DNA of 64,000 nt from Desulfatiglandales bacterium. Lineage in GTDB: Bacteria > Desulfobacterota > DSM-4660 > Desulfatiglandales > Desulfatiglandaceae. The position numbers were made by a program, and so were the translations under genes. Below, one piece after another: positions 12,157-21,742 of the stretch. How positions within the stretch are numbered: position 1 is the first letter of the stretch; every line of letters starts with the position of its first letter. Under the pieces are notes generated by a model. The model was not told where the DNA came from, made no database searches, and saw only the letters and a list, made by a program, of their open reading frames with translations. The DNA lies in NCBI GenBank assembly GCA_963666345.1, contig OY762721.1:992001-1056000 (forward strand), written 5' to 3'.

Positions 12157-12161
12157 GAGAG

Positions 12162-12425
12162 CCCTCCTGTCCGTAAAATCCCGTCAAAGGTTCGGGTCAC
12201 AGTATATGCCCGGATTCGAACATATCTCCGCCCTGTCCGCCGTTTAAAAAATCAAACACTGAATATTATCTATCCAAGCTTCGTGCCAGAGGGGATAAGT
12301 GCGGCCTTATTCGATCCAACACATTGATTTATCAATGAATATTCAAACTCGAAAGGTTGGTGGGGGAAGGCCGGGTTGACGTGAAATAGTGGTCATATAT
12401 GGCAAACGGTTAAATATGACCATGG
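12162..12425 (-). promoter_or_regulatory. sigma54-type promoter module, copy 1 (UAS pair + IHF site + -24/-12)
   Basis: Minus strand TGGCACGAAGCTTGG (12274-12288; -12 is TTGG, not TTGC); IHF consensus AATCAATGTGTTG (12317-12329); two imperfect GGTCATATATGACC palindromes (12391-12404, 12408-12421). Confidence 0.7.
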
Positions 12426-12437
12426 CATAACGGGAGT

Positions 12438-12959
12438 TCAGTAATTCAAGGCGATAGTCAGATCAATGTTTCGCCCGTCGTACCGGAATGTGGCGGCAGA
12501 AAACGAAGGTGCGCCGAGAAATGCTTTAGCGTCGTTTGAAAAACCGTAGCCTTCCATTGGGGCCCCCAGCCAGTTGGTGTCAAGCTTGCCGTCCATATTT
12601 TCATCATGGATGACGGCAAGCGCATACGTTCCCGGCGGGATGTCTAAAAAGTCGAAACGCGCCTGCGAATCCCGAATTTTTATTACCATGATATTAGTTG
12701 CGTAATGCAGATACTCAACAGGGAAACCAACCGCTGATTCGAAAAGCGCACAAGCCACGGTTCCCGCGCTGTTTCTGATGTTCAGAACCTTCACGTGAAT
12801 GCCTGGGCAGGATGATGATTGGGCCTGAGCCATGGCGGGAAGATTCCCAAAAACCAGCACTACAAACAATAGAAGGCACTGAACTCTCATGAGGACGCCT
12901 GTCTCCGGTTCCCTGACCGTAAAGGCCTCCGCGGAATTTGGATTGATTGACTTACTCAT
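12438..12959 (-). CDS. DUF2141 family exported protein
   Basis: PPGTYALAVIHDENMDGKLDTNWLGAPMEGYGFSNDA motif; start uncertain. Confidence 0.85.
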   Translation of the reverse strand: MSKSINPNSAEAFTVREPETGVLMRVQCLLLFVVLVFGNLPAMAQAQSSSCPGIHVKVLNIRNSAGTVACALFESAVGFPVEYLHYATNIMVIKIRDSQARFDFLDIPPGTYALAVIHDENMDGKLDTNWLGAPMEGYGFSNDAKAFLGAPSFSAATFRYDGRNIDLTIALNY

Positions 12960-13063
12960 GATCTTGCTCCCGGCTCCAATCTGCTTAGCCTGAATGGGTC
13001 GAAGCGAACCCCGGGGTCCTTCCCGATTTCGCATTGCCCCATCTGGAAGAGCATAATGCTCGC

Positions 13064-13378
13064 CTATTTAACGATCAGACTATTCTTCACGGATCTGACC
13101 CCTTTAACGCTGCCTGCGATTTCAACCGCTTTATCCGCGGCCTTTTGAGTATTAACGAAGCCGCTCAGTTGAACAGCGCCCTTGTAGGTTTCGACACTGA
13201 TCTTGAATGACTTGAGAAAATCATCCCCTGCCAGCAGGGTTTTGACCTTGGTCGTGATGACAGAATCGTCAACGTATTCCCCAGTGCTTTCCTGTTTGGA
13301 TGTCGATGCACAGGCCACAAAGGTGGCGATGAGAATAAGAAGCAATAAACAGTGGATAAAGATATTTCTCTTTTTCAT
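13064..13378 (-). CDS. BON-domain (OsmY-like) lipoprotein
   Basis: Lipobox FVAC; GEYVDDSVITTKVK, ISVETYKGAVQLSGFV, VKGVRSVKN. Confidence 0.9.
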   Translation of the reverse strand: MKKRNIFIHCLLLLILIATFVACASTSKQESTGEYVDDSVITTKVKTLLAGDDFLKSFKISVETYKGAVQLSGFVNTQKAADKAVEIAGSVKGVRSVKNSLIVK

Positions 13379-13485
13379 AGCAGTTACTCCTTTCTTTAAG
13401 TATCTCATTTTCTCCGTTTCAACGGCAATGTTCTCCTCAAACCCCTTTTTTACCTTCATAATAATGGCCTTTTTAGACACTTTTT

Positions 13486-13671
13486 TTATTTGAACGAAGA
13501 CAGAATTGCGTCCATCTGATTTTCAATTTCGCGGCGCCTTTCGAAAGGCATTGAAAAAAACTTTTCGGGATTTTCGATAAACTCAGTCACGAACTCGGCA
13601 AGCTCCGGCCCAATACCGGACAATCGAATAAATTCAGCCTTGGACCTGGCGCTATTTCTATCTTCATTCAT
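13486..13671 (-). CDS. small hypothetical protein, 61 aa
   Basis: GAGGTG RBS before ATG at 13671; LSGIGPELA segment resembles a helix-hairpin-helix turn. Confidence 0.55.
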   Translation of the reverse strand: MNEDRNSARSKAEFIRLSGIGPELAEFVTEFIENPEKFFSMPFERRREIENQMDAILSSFK

Positions 13672-13954
13672 GTTTTCACCTCGTTTTGCGATATCGTTCA
13701 TATTCCTCTGTTGCACTGTCGCATCTCTTGCAGTTGAGTTGGTCGACTACGCATGATAACCGCCATCCGGAAATGACCGCTAAAAAATCAGGCAGGTATT
13801 TCCCAGGGATAACCCGGAGGTGTTATTTGCCTGTCAATACAATTTTTGTGTATTCGGTTTGACTGATGGTACGTTGATCCATGTCATTAAGGACTCCCGC
13901 AAAAATAACCTGGAATTTTGGCATCCCTTCTATTTTCTCTGTTATTAATCACTC

Positions 13955-14129
13955 GCATAACCAGCCAAAAAGGCCGGGCCGCAAGACATGAAGACCAACA
14001 ATTATGTTAGCCCCGGCCTTTTTGGTCTGCGCTTATGCGATTGTTCGTAAGCCTTCAATTCTCGTTTTTAAATCCGGCTTACTTTTTGGTTTCTTCCTTA
14101 ATTCCTTTCTTTCCTCCAGTCATCGGACC
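13955..14129. repeat. ~175-bp direct repeat, copy 1 (contains ~88-nt hairpin)
   Basis: Near-identical to 16180-16356; hairpin tcgcataa..ccaaaaaggccggg / cccggcctttttgg..ttatgcga at 13953-14040. Confidence 0.92.
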
Positions 14130-14219
14130 TTGACCAGGGCTATTGCCCTTGCCCTTACCTTTACCATGACCGTCTTTCGGTCCCTGACCTTTTGGTCCGG
14201 TTCCATCTTTATTTGGCAT
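14079..14219 (-). CDS. small Gly/Lys-rich protein, DUF5320-like, 46 aa
   Basis: AGGAGGTG RBS; MPNKDGTGPKGQGPKDGHGKGKGKGNSPGQGPMTGGKKGIKEETKK; MPxxDGTGP...GPMTG signature. Confidence 0.75.
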   Translation of the reverse strand: MPNKDGTGPKGQGPKDGHGKGKGKGNSPGQGPMTGGKKGIKEETKK

Positions 14220-14309
14220 ATTAATCACCTCCTTCCTGCTGGCGAATGCTTGCGACAACGAGGCTATTTGCCCTCATCGGCATCTGCCTTGTTGGCTGAC
14301 ATTACCTAT

Positions 14310-15056
14310 CTATCGAGCTTTACCTTGGTTCGCTACAGCCTTCGTTGCCTGCGCCACAGATTCTGAATCCCCCAAATAGTAATGTTTGATTGCCCGCAGC
14401 TCCTTATCCAGCTCATATACCAACGGTATTCCGGTAGGAATATTCAATGTAACAATGTCTTTGTCTGAAACATTGTCGAGATACATCACCAGTGCTCTGA
14501 GGCTGTTGCCATGTGCAACGACGAGAAACCTTTTGCCTGATCTTATCTCTTTGGATAGTGTTTCGTTCCAGCACTCGATAACCCTTTGAACTGTATCTTT
14601 CAGACACTCGGTTTTGGGAAGTCTGCTTTTCTTAATGCCGGCGTATCGTGGATCGTTGCCGGGAAAACGATCGTCCTCTTCAGATACAGGCGGTGGTGAA
14701 GTATCGTAGCTTCTTCTCCAGACCAGAACCTGATCCTCGCCATATTTGGCGGCTGTCTCGGCTTTGTTACGCCCCTGCAATGCCCCGTAATGTCGCTCAT
14801 TCAGCCTCCAATCGCGGACAACTGGAATCCACATTTGGTCGAGTTGGTCAAGAATCACCCAGAGTGTGCGTATAGCCCGCTTAAGCAGCGACGTATAGGC
14901 GATATCGAACTGGAAACCTGCGTCACACAGTGCTTGCCCAGCCTTGCGTGACTCGGCTATGCCCGAGTCTGCCAGATCGACATCATGCCAGCCGGTAAAG
15001 CGATTCTGTATGTTCCATTCGCTGAGACCGTGGCGAAGCAGGACAAGTTTGTGCAT
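14310..15056 (-). CDS. gpmA: 2,3-bisphosphoglycerate-dependent phosphoglycerate mutase
   Basis: [46 protein letters not shown]. Confidence 0.97.
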   Translation of the reverse strand: MHKLVLLRHGLSEWNIQNRFTGWHDVDLADSGIAESRKAGQALCDAGFQFDIAYTSLLKRAIRTLWVILDQLDQMWIPVVRDWRLNERHYGALQGRNKAETAAKYGEDQVLVWRRSYDTSPPPVSEEDDRFPGNDPRYAGIKKSRLPKTECLKDTVQRVIECWNETLSKEIRSGKRFLVVAHGNSLRALVMYLDNVSDKDIVTLNIPTGIPLVYELDKELRAIKHYYLGDSESVAQATKAVANQGKAR

Positions 15057-15112
15057 GAAATTCCCTTTTATCCTATGGGGTGTTGGTTTTTATTACGATT
15101 AAATCATACTGA

Positions 15113-16135
15113 TTATCCAGCCGTTTCCATTACCCGGGTATACTTTCCGTCACAAGCTAGACCGTTCAACCGGCAGCGTTTCAAGAACGTCTTCTGCGCG
15201 GCAGCCATATTGGCTTCCTGACCTTTCCAGGTTGCAAGCACCGGTGCCTGCAGCGCGCGCCCATAAGAAAAACTAACTTGCCACGGATGCGTGCCCATCA
15301 TGTTTATGGCGTTCAGGTGGTCAGTGGCGTCTTCCGCACTCTGGCCACCGGACAGGAATACGATTCCAGGGACAGCCGCCGGCACGTAGCGGATCACGCA
15401 TCGAATCGTGGCCTCGGCAACCCGCTGCACGCTTTCCTGACGCGCGCATTTCATTCCGGCAATAACCATATTTGGCTTTAGCAACATACCCTCGAACAGC
15501 ACGCGGTGGGCATCAAGCTCGGTGAACACTGCATCGAGAACCCTGGATGTGACAACTTCGCAGCGTTCGATGTCGTGAGGGCCATCCATGAGTACTTCCG
15601 GTTCCACGATCGGCACGATATCCAATTCCTGGCAGAGCGCGGCATAACGCGCCAATACGTGGGCATTCGCACGAATACCGAACGCGGTAGGAACATCGCG
15701 CTCGTTGATCTCAATAACCGCCCGCCACTTCGCGAACTTAGCCCCCATTTGTTTGTACTCGACGAGCCGCTCGCGCAGGCCGTCAAGCCCCTCGGCGATT
15801 TTTTCTTCAGGGTACAACGCCAGCGCTTTAGCGCCTTTGTCCACCTTGATCCCAGGCACGATTCCCCTGCTCGATAGTAGCTCGGCAAAGGGAGTGCCGT
15901 CTCGAGTGCTTTGGCGCAGCGTTTCGTCGAAGAGAATGACACCACCGATATAGCGTTCAATCCCTTCGGTTGAAAAAAGGATTTCGCGGTACCTCCGGCG
16001 ATTTTCTTCGGTGGACTCGACCTTGATCGAATCGAAGCGCTTTTTGATCGTGGGATTGCTTTCGTCTGCCGCCAGCACACCCTTCTGTTTCGCAACGATT
16101 GCTTTTGCTACAGAACTGAGTTTATCGTTGTTCAT
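15113..16135 (-). CDS. class I fructose-bisphosphate aldolase
   Basis: GVLAADES, PGIKVDKG, FAKWRAVI, VPIVEPEV, LLKPNM (Schiff-base Lys), FSYGRALQ; start MNNDKL with GAGGAG RBS. Confidence 0.95.
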   Translation of the reverse strand: MNNDKLSSVAKAIVAKQKGVLAADESNPTIKKRFDSIKVESTEENRRRYREILFSTEGIERYIGGVILFDETLRQSTRDGTPFAELLSSRGIVPGIKVDKGAKALALYPEEKIAEGLDGLRERLVEYKQMGAKFAKWRAVIEINERDVPTAFGIRANAHVLARYAALCQELDIVPIVEPEVLMDGPHDIERCEVVTSRVLDAVFTELDAHRVLFEGMLLKPNMVIAGMKCARQESVQRVAEATIRCVIRYVPAAVPGIVFLSGGQSAEDATDHLNAINMMGTHPWQVSFSYGRALQAPVLATWKGQEANMAAAQKTFLKRCRLNGLACDGKYTRVMETAG

Positions 16136-16179
16136 TCGTAACTCCTCTTCTCGTTTTGTTGCTTGATACATTGCGCTTT

Positions 16180-16356
16180 GCATAACCAGCCAAAAAGGGC
16201 CGGGCCGCAAGACATGAGGACCAGCAATAATGTTAAGCACCGGCCTTTTTGTTCTGCGCTTATGCGATTGTTCGTAAGCCCTCAATTCTCGTATTTAAAT
16301 CCGGCTTACTTTTTGGTTTCTTCCTTAATTCCTTTCTTTCCTCCAGTCATCGGACC
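16180..16356. repeat. ~177-bp direct repeat, copy 2
   Basis: Matches 13955-14129; carries the orphan 3' end (GPMTGGKKGIKEETKK*) of the DUF5320-like gene plus the hairpin. Confidence 0.92.
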
Positions 16357-16481
16357 AACCCGAGAATTCCAAATACAATTAGATAGACGGCAACGATGTA
16401 ATTCAACAGTTTCGGGAAAAGGAGAATCGAAATTCCCGCGATTAGAGCAACCACCGGCTGTGGCGATATACTGATTTGCAT
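16347..16481 (-). CDS. DUF3096-like small membrane protein, 44 aa
   Basis: AGGAGG/AGGAG RBS; MQISISPQPVVALIAGISILLFPKLLNYIVAVYLIVFGILGLVR. Confidence 0.8.
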   Translation of the reverse strand: MQISISPQPVVALIAGISILLFPKLLNYIVAVYLIVFGILGLVR

Positions 16482-16622
16482 GTCTCCTGGCCTCCTTTGA
16501 TTGTCTTGTTCAGCTTCCCGGCCTTTTCCGACTTGATCGAGTGGAAATGAGGCTCCCCCCGGGGAAGACCGATCCGAGTGGAGCCTCGTCCATATTGGAG
16601 ATGCCCTCAGGCCACAGAGGAC

Positions 16623-17330
16623 CTATTTTACGATAACTATGTCCACGCGGCGGTTCTGGGCCCGGCCTGCACTTGTCGCGTTCGAGGCGACGGGCCTGGA
16701 TTCGCCGAAGCTCACCTTCTTGAGACGGTCGGAATCAATGCCCTTGGACTTCAGATAGTCGAACACCACCTCAGCCCTTCTCTCACCCAACTTCTTGTTA
16801 TACGCGTCGGTCCCGACAGAGTCGGTGTTGCCCTGGAGCTCGAGCACCACAGCAGGGTCATCCTGCATGATCTTCGCGGCCCGGTCCAACTCGGCCTTCA
16901 TTTCCGGTGTCAGGTCGGACTTGTCGAACTCAAAGTGCCCCGAGTGGAAGCTGACCGGTTGCCTCGCCGGCGGCGGGGTTACCCTCGGTGGAGGTGGTGG
17001 CGGCGGCGGGGTTACCATTGCAGGAGGCTGACAAGACTCGGCCTCTTTTGCCAGGTTCCTGGCCTCGGCGAGAAGGGCCATGGCCTCCTTGGTGTGACAG
17101 GTCCAATAAATCTCCGCCGCTTTTTGACCCAGTTCGTTGGCCCTGGCGATCTTTTCCGGGCAATTCTTTGCCCCTTCAGTTCTCTCGGCACTTGCAATGG
17201 CTGCCTCTGTCTCCGCGAATTGATCAGGGGCCGTCAGGGCCTTGTTGGGGACACCGAAGTGAGTGGTCGGTGCACACCCAAGCATCACGAAAAACATAAT
17301 ACAGGCCAAAAAAATCAATTTCCTTCTCAT
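16623..17330 (-). CDS. OmpA-family lipoprotein with Pro-rich linker
   Basis: Lipobox MLGC; poly-Pro linker; FEFDKSDL, GNTDSVGTDAYNKKLGERRA, GRAQNRRVDI. Confidence 0.92.
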   Translation of the reverse strand: MRRKLIFLACIMFFVMLGCAPTTHFGVPNKALTAPDQFAETEAAIASAERTEGAKNCPEKIARANELGQKAAEIYWTCHTKEAMALLAEARNLAKEAESCQPPAMVTPPPPPPPPRVTPPPARQPVSFHSGHFEFDKSDLTPEMKAELDRAAKIMQDDPAVVLELQGNTDSVGTDAYNKKLGERRAEVVFDYLKSKGIDSDRLKKVSFGESRPVASNATSAGRAQNRRVDIVIVK

Positions 17331-17721
17331 AACTCTATCCTCCCTTTGAATGAAATGAATAGTTGTTTCCAAAACAGGGGAACCCTCTTCTTACTGTCCC
17401 CCCTCTACTGCGCCCTTATCACGAACTCATTGGTCAACACTGCTGTCCTCATAATGTATGATCCTCTCCCTTCTGCAAAAGCCTTTCCGCAATTTCCGGC
17501 CCTTCTGAGAAGCGCCAAGACGGTAACCTACCCCCACGCTTCCATGTTCTTCTTCTCCGGATGCCAGCGCTCCTTGGTTGCGGGATCCGTAGCAAAGAGC
17601 CAAGCATCACTTCTCCTAAGCGACCCGTCATCGCCCTGGGCTCAGTCATGGGCGCCTGTCGCCATTCCTCCCCGTGTTTCCATGCGGTGCAGTTTGGCGA
17701 AGGCGGGTAAAATCAATGTTC

Positions 17722-18177
17722 TCAGGATTTGCTGAACTCGGCCGCCGCCTTTTTGTAGGCGTTACCCAAATCGTCCATGGCCTCAGCAATGCCGGATTTC
17801 ACTTGTTCCCATGCAGTTCCGGCGGACGAACTGAGATCCTTCAGCTTTTCAGACACCTCATCCCTTTTTTGACGCAATGCCGTCAGCTGTTGTTCGGCTT
17901 TCGCTTTACCGTCCTCTCCCAGTTTTTCAGCCTTCGCCTGCAGTTGATCAATTTTCTCCCCGTACTCATTGAGTTTAATTTCCATTTGTTTTCGAAAGTC
18001 CTGCATCTGCTCCTGGGTATAGGCCTTGGTTGCGTCATAGGCTTCTTTGGCCTCCTTCTTGACATCTTCCTTGGACACGGCTGCGGGCTTGCTCTGGGTT
18101 TGTTCCTTCTCACCGCAACCCGGCAAAGCCCCTAGGGCCAGAAGCAGCATTATTGCCAATAACCCCCTTACGAACAT
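17722..18177 (-). CDS. coiled-coil lipoprotein (stress-protein-like)
   Basis: Lipobox LPGC; Lys/Glu/Ala-rich helical body ending AWEQVKSG...AEFSKS. Confidence 0.8.
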   Translation of the reverse strand: MFVRGLLAIMLLLALGALPGCGEKEQTQSKPAAVSKEDVKKEAKEAYDATKAYTQEQMQDFRKQMEIKLNEYGEKIDQLQAKAEKLGEDGKAKAEQQLTALRQKRDEVSEKLKDLSSSAGTAWEQVKSGIAEAMDDLGNAYKKAAAEFSKS

Positions 18178-18308
18178 AACGCCTTCCACCACTCAAGCCT
18201 CCATTTCCGGGTTATCGTTGAAAAAATTCTTATCTTCTATACCCTGCCAAGAATTGCAGAAACGACATCCGTCTAAAAATCCAACCGTCCATACCTCTCA
18301 AGGGAGGG

Positions 18309-18602
18309 TTATTCTAAGTCAGGACCACCGGCATGCTCTTTTCCCATCACTATCATATTTTCTTTCATCTTATGGATCTCCCGTTTCAACCTCTTGACAT
18401 CAAGGGATTTTGTCGCCAGCTTTGGTAAGGTCAAAATTGCCACGATTGCTCCACCCATTAGAGAGGAATAAACAATCAAGGCCGTAATGGATAGCTGAAA
18501 GGTCCAGATGAAAAACTTGAAATCCAGAGGCATGCTGTTTTGTACAGCGGCGATGATAATTACCATGAGAAAGAAAAAGGTGATGATTAATGAAAGGTGC
18601 AT
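18309..18602 (-). CDS. LapA/DUF1049-like membrane protein
   Basis: Two TM helices with AVQN...FFIWTF linker followed by a coiled coil; GGGAGG RBS. Confidence 0.8.
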   Translation of the reverse strand: MHLSLIITFFFLMVIIIAAVQNSMPLDFKFFIWTFQLSITALIVYSSLMGGAIVAILTLPKLATKSLDVKRLKREIHKMKENMIVMGKEHAGGPDLE

Positions 18603-18730
18603 GATTATCCTCCCTCAGAGCCCTGGCAGAGCCGCTGCAATAAGGAATACGTTCAAAAACAGACGGATGACAAGGATAAATGTAGTATTTCACATGTTAT
18701 TGGAATTTAATGCCTTTTATATGGTTTCGG

Positions 18731-18910
18731 TTATTGCTGCGCTTTCTTTTTCTCCACTTTAGATGCTTCTTCTTCTCGCATCCTTTTTTCCATTTTGGCC
18801 AGAAGCTCGGCTGTGCTTTTTCGCAGATCTTTAGTCCCCCCGGTTCGCTGAAATGCCATAACTGCAATGATCAACGCAACAATAGCCACGACAAAATTTA
18901 AAATTTCCAT
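18731..18910 (-). CDS. small membrane protein, 59 aa
   Basis: AAGGAG RBS; MEILNFVVAIVALIIAVMAFQRTGG followed by a charged helix. Confidence 0.7.
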   Translation of the reverse strand: MEILNFVVAIVALIIAVMAFQRTGGTKDLRKSTAELLAKMEKRMREEEASKVEKKKAQQ

Positions 18911-18914
18911 AATC

Positions 18915-18997
18915 AATTCTCCTTTCTTTTTAGAGGTTCCCTTGCCCCTGAGGGTATTGACGACCTCCACCCCTTCCGAATGGGAGACCGTGCGGAA
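18915..18997 (-). pseudogene. 3' remnant of an ABM gene paralogous to 11812-12156
   Basis: RTVSHSEGVEVVNTLRGKGTSK versus HTVSHSEGVEIVNALRGKGTSK; joined directly to the old RBS, so the rest of the gene is deleted. Confidence 0.85.
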
Positions 18998-19263
18998 TCC
19001 CTCCTCTCAGGGAAAGTCCCATCAAAGGTTTAGGTCACGGCATATTGCCAAATTCAGAAATCTCCCCGTCCTGTCTGCCGTCTAAAAAAATCAAACGGTG
19101 CATTATTATATACCCAAGATTCGTGCCAGACTGGATAAGTGCACCCTTATCTGATCCAACATATTGATTTATCAATGAATATTTAAACTCGAAAGGTTGG
19201 TGCGGGAGGGCGGGTGAAACGAAATAGCGGTCATATATAGCAAATGGTCAAATATAACCATGC
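18998..19263 (-). promoter_or_regulatory. sigma54-type promoter module, copy 2
   Basis: TGGCACGAATCTTGG (19114-19128), IHF AATCAATATGTTG (19157-19169), UAS pair (19229-19242, 19246-19259); colinear with 12162-12425. Confidence 0.7.
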
Positions 19264-19590
19264 CCATGTTTAAGTAAAGTGAGTGATATTTGGAGAGGGT
19301 ATATGAACGGACACAAAATGGCTTGAAACCGATCACAAAAAAACAGACGCGCATTCAGAGTCAGGGCGTCTCCGGCTTACTATCTTCGGAAGCCGGTGTC
19401 AGACCTGGTAGCATGTAACAGAAATACCTTGCATGAATGTAGTTTCGAGTGAAGCGAGAAATCTTAACTAAAATAACAAGTTAAAAGATCTCTCCCTCCG
19501 GTCGAGATGACAAATTAATTGCGTTACACAACACTATTTTTATGTTTCCACGTAGATCATGGACCGGATGGATAACAGAATTCCCAGGCT

Positions 19591-21153
19591 CTATGGCTTG
19601 AGGATACCGAGTTTTCGCATCCGGGCCCGCAGGGTGCTGCGGTTGAGCCCAAGTATCTCGGCCGCACCGTTTTTCCCGCTGACTTTCCATTGAGTCTGCT
19701 CAAGGATCCGTACTATATGTTCGTGCTCAACCGCTTCCATCGTTTTTTGTGTAGTCGATAAATCCTTTTGCGGTTTCTTCAGTTCATCCACCAGGTGCAG
19801 CTTGGACCCCGAGGAGTTAATCACCGCCCGTTCAAGGACGTTTTCCAGCTCCCGGACATTGCCGGGCCAATGGTAATTCTGCAAGGTATTCATAGCACTA
19901 GTCGGGATGATCTCGATGGATTTTCCCATTCGTTTGGAGATGTTTTTGACGTAAAAGTCCACCAGAAGCGGAATGTCATCCAACCGGTCCCGGAGCGGCG
20001 GCATGGTGACAGGGAAAACATTTATGCGGTACCAGAGATCTTCACGGAACAGACCCCTGCGGACCTCCTCTTCCAGATTGCGATTTGTGGCCGCAATAAT
20101 CCGCACATCGACCTTGATCGTATGGGAGCCGCCCAGCCTTTCAAATTCACCGTCCTGCAGCACCCTGAGCAGCTTGGGTTGCAGTTCCAGGGGCAATTCT
20201 CCGATTTCATCCAGGAAAAGGGTGGTCCCGTCGGCAATTTCAAATCGCCCCAGCTGTCTGGTATGGGCGCCGGTGAAGGCGCCTTTTTCATGCCCGAAGA
20301 GTTCGCTCTCGATGAGGTTTGCAGGCAGTGTAGCACAGTTTATCTTAACCAATGCACGGTCTTTGCGCTGGCTAAGGCTGTGAATAGCCCTAGCCACAAG
20401 CTCTTTGCCGGTTCCGGTCTCGCCGAGAACAAGGACGATCGTATCTGTAGGGGCAATCTGTTCGACCTTATAGAGCACGTAATGGATCCCGTCACTCTCG
20501 CCCAGAATGTTTTCATGGTTGTATTCCAGTTTAATTTCTTCCTGGAGATACGCTCTCTCCGCTTCGAGCTGTTCTTTTAACTTCTTGATTTCAAAAAGCG
20601 CGGCTTCTGCGACTTGTTTGCCTTTTTCCGCCTCTTCCCTTGCTAGCCTGATTTCGGCAGTTCGCTTTTCAACAAGTTCCTCGAGATGTCTTTTATAATA
20701 TTCACGCTCAGTCACATCCTCTATGGACAGGAGGATCATCCGGGTCTGCTTTGGCTCTCTGTATATCCGTCTGGCGTTCAGATGCATTATCTTTCGGCCT
20801 ATGGTCTCAAAGTTATGTTCCACCTCAAAGTCGTTGAATGTGGTATTCTGAGGGAGGATGTCTTCAAGTAACTCTCTGAGCTTTGGGATGTCCCACTGCC
20901 GGTTGCCGAGATTATATATCAATGCCCCCTCTGTTCCCTCCGGTTTGACCTTGAAGGTCCGGTAAAATGAATGGTTGGCCTTTATAACCTTCAGATCCGA
21001 ATCAAGCACCACCAAGGGTCCACGGACCGAACCCAGGATTTTATCAAAAATTTCCATAAAGGCGTGTAACTCCTGTTTATCATATCCTAACGCCTTCACT
21101 GTTTGTTCAAATTCTTTAAATGATTGCTTGTTATCCATTGGGGAAATCCGCAT
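19591..21153 (-). CDS. PAS-domain sigma54-dependent transcriptional activator (FhlA/NtrC-type AAA+, Fis HTH)
   Basis: GETGTGKE Walker [46 protein letters not shown]-terminal PAS-like segment. Confidence 0.95.
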   Translation of the reverse strand: MRISPMDNKQSFKEFEQTVKALGYDKQELHAFMEIFDKILGSVRGPLVVLDSDLKVIKANHSFYRTFKVKPEGTEGALIYNLGNRQWDIPKLRELLEDILPQNTTFNDFEVEHNFETIGRKIMHLNARRIYREPKQTRMILLSIEDVTEREYYKRHLEELVEKRTAEIRLAREEAEKGKQVAEAALFEIKKLKEQLEAERAYLQEEIKLEYNHENILGESDGIHYVLYKVEQIAPTDTIVLVLGETGTGKELVARAIHSLSQRKDRALVKINCATLPANLIESELFGHEKGAFTGAHTRQLGRFEIADGTTLFLDEIGELPLELQPKLLRVLQDGEFERLGGSHTIKVDVRIIAATNRNLEEEVRRGLFREDLWYRINVFPVTMPPLRDRLDDIPLLVDFYVKNISKRMGKSIEIIPTSAMNTLQNYHWPGNVRELENVLERAVINSSGSKLHLVDELKKPQKDLSTTQKTMEAVEHEHIVRILEQTQWKVSGKNGAAEILGLNRSTLRARMRKLGILKP

Positions 21154-21628
21154 TTTAATTTGGCTTTATTGGGAATATGGAAAAATAAATATAAGGTAAT
21201 TATACGCCTGTGGGAGGTGAAACGCAAGCCCGGACCCGTCGCCTGAATCCACCGTCAAATTCTACATCATCAATTAGGACAAGGGATTTACATCCCCGGG
21301 CACCAGTAAGGTATGAGATGCAAGGCGCCGAGGAGTGACGACTGAGGCGTATGAGAAATACGCCTCAGATGATGCCTTGATGGTGAACCGGGGCGTTGCC
21401 AATGCCCCGACCATACCTGCCCGTGCATGGCCGCACGCCCCTGTTTCAGCTTAAAGCGATTTTCTAAAACAATACTCATGAAATACCGGGCAACGGTTCC
21501 CATGAATCTCTCCAAACTGGTTTCAGGCTTCAAACGGGAGAATGCGGATTGGAACTGCTCGGCGGCAAAGGCTCGACCGGCATGTGCTTTAAGTAATTCT
21601 TGAAAGACGTCCGCTTTCTTAAGGTAGC

Positions 21629-21662
21629 AAAAAGCCGTGGACATGACAAAATTCCACGGCTT
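21629..21662 (-). terminator. Rho-independent terminator downstream of iclR
   Basis: aagccgtgga-N11-tccacggctt stem followed by a T-run on the minus strand. Confidence 0.65.
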
Positions 21663-21742
21663 GAATCTGAATGTGAATTTTAATTGGCGGGGGACCACTG
21701 AATTACCACCAAAAGTCCATTAAAATTAATTGGTTATATATT

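Noticed and set aside
17449..17649. 66-aa ORF between the two lipoprotein genes
   Set aside because: No RBS or recognisable motif in any frame checked; may be decayed DNA.
16578..17735. 385-aa plus-strand ORF
   Set aside because: Antisense to the OmpA gene and intergenic DNA; no protein-like signal.
21288..21698. 136-aa minus-strand ORF
   Set aside because: No RBS or domain, and it runs through a terminator and a palindrome.
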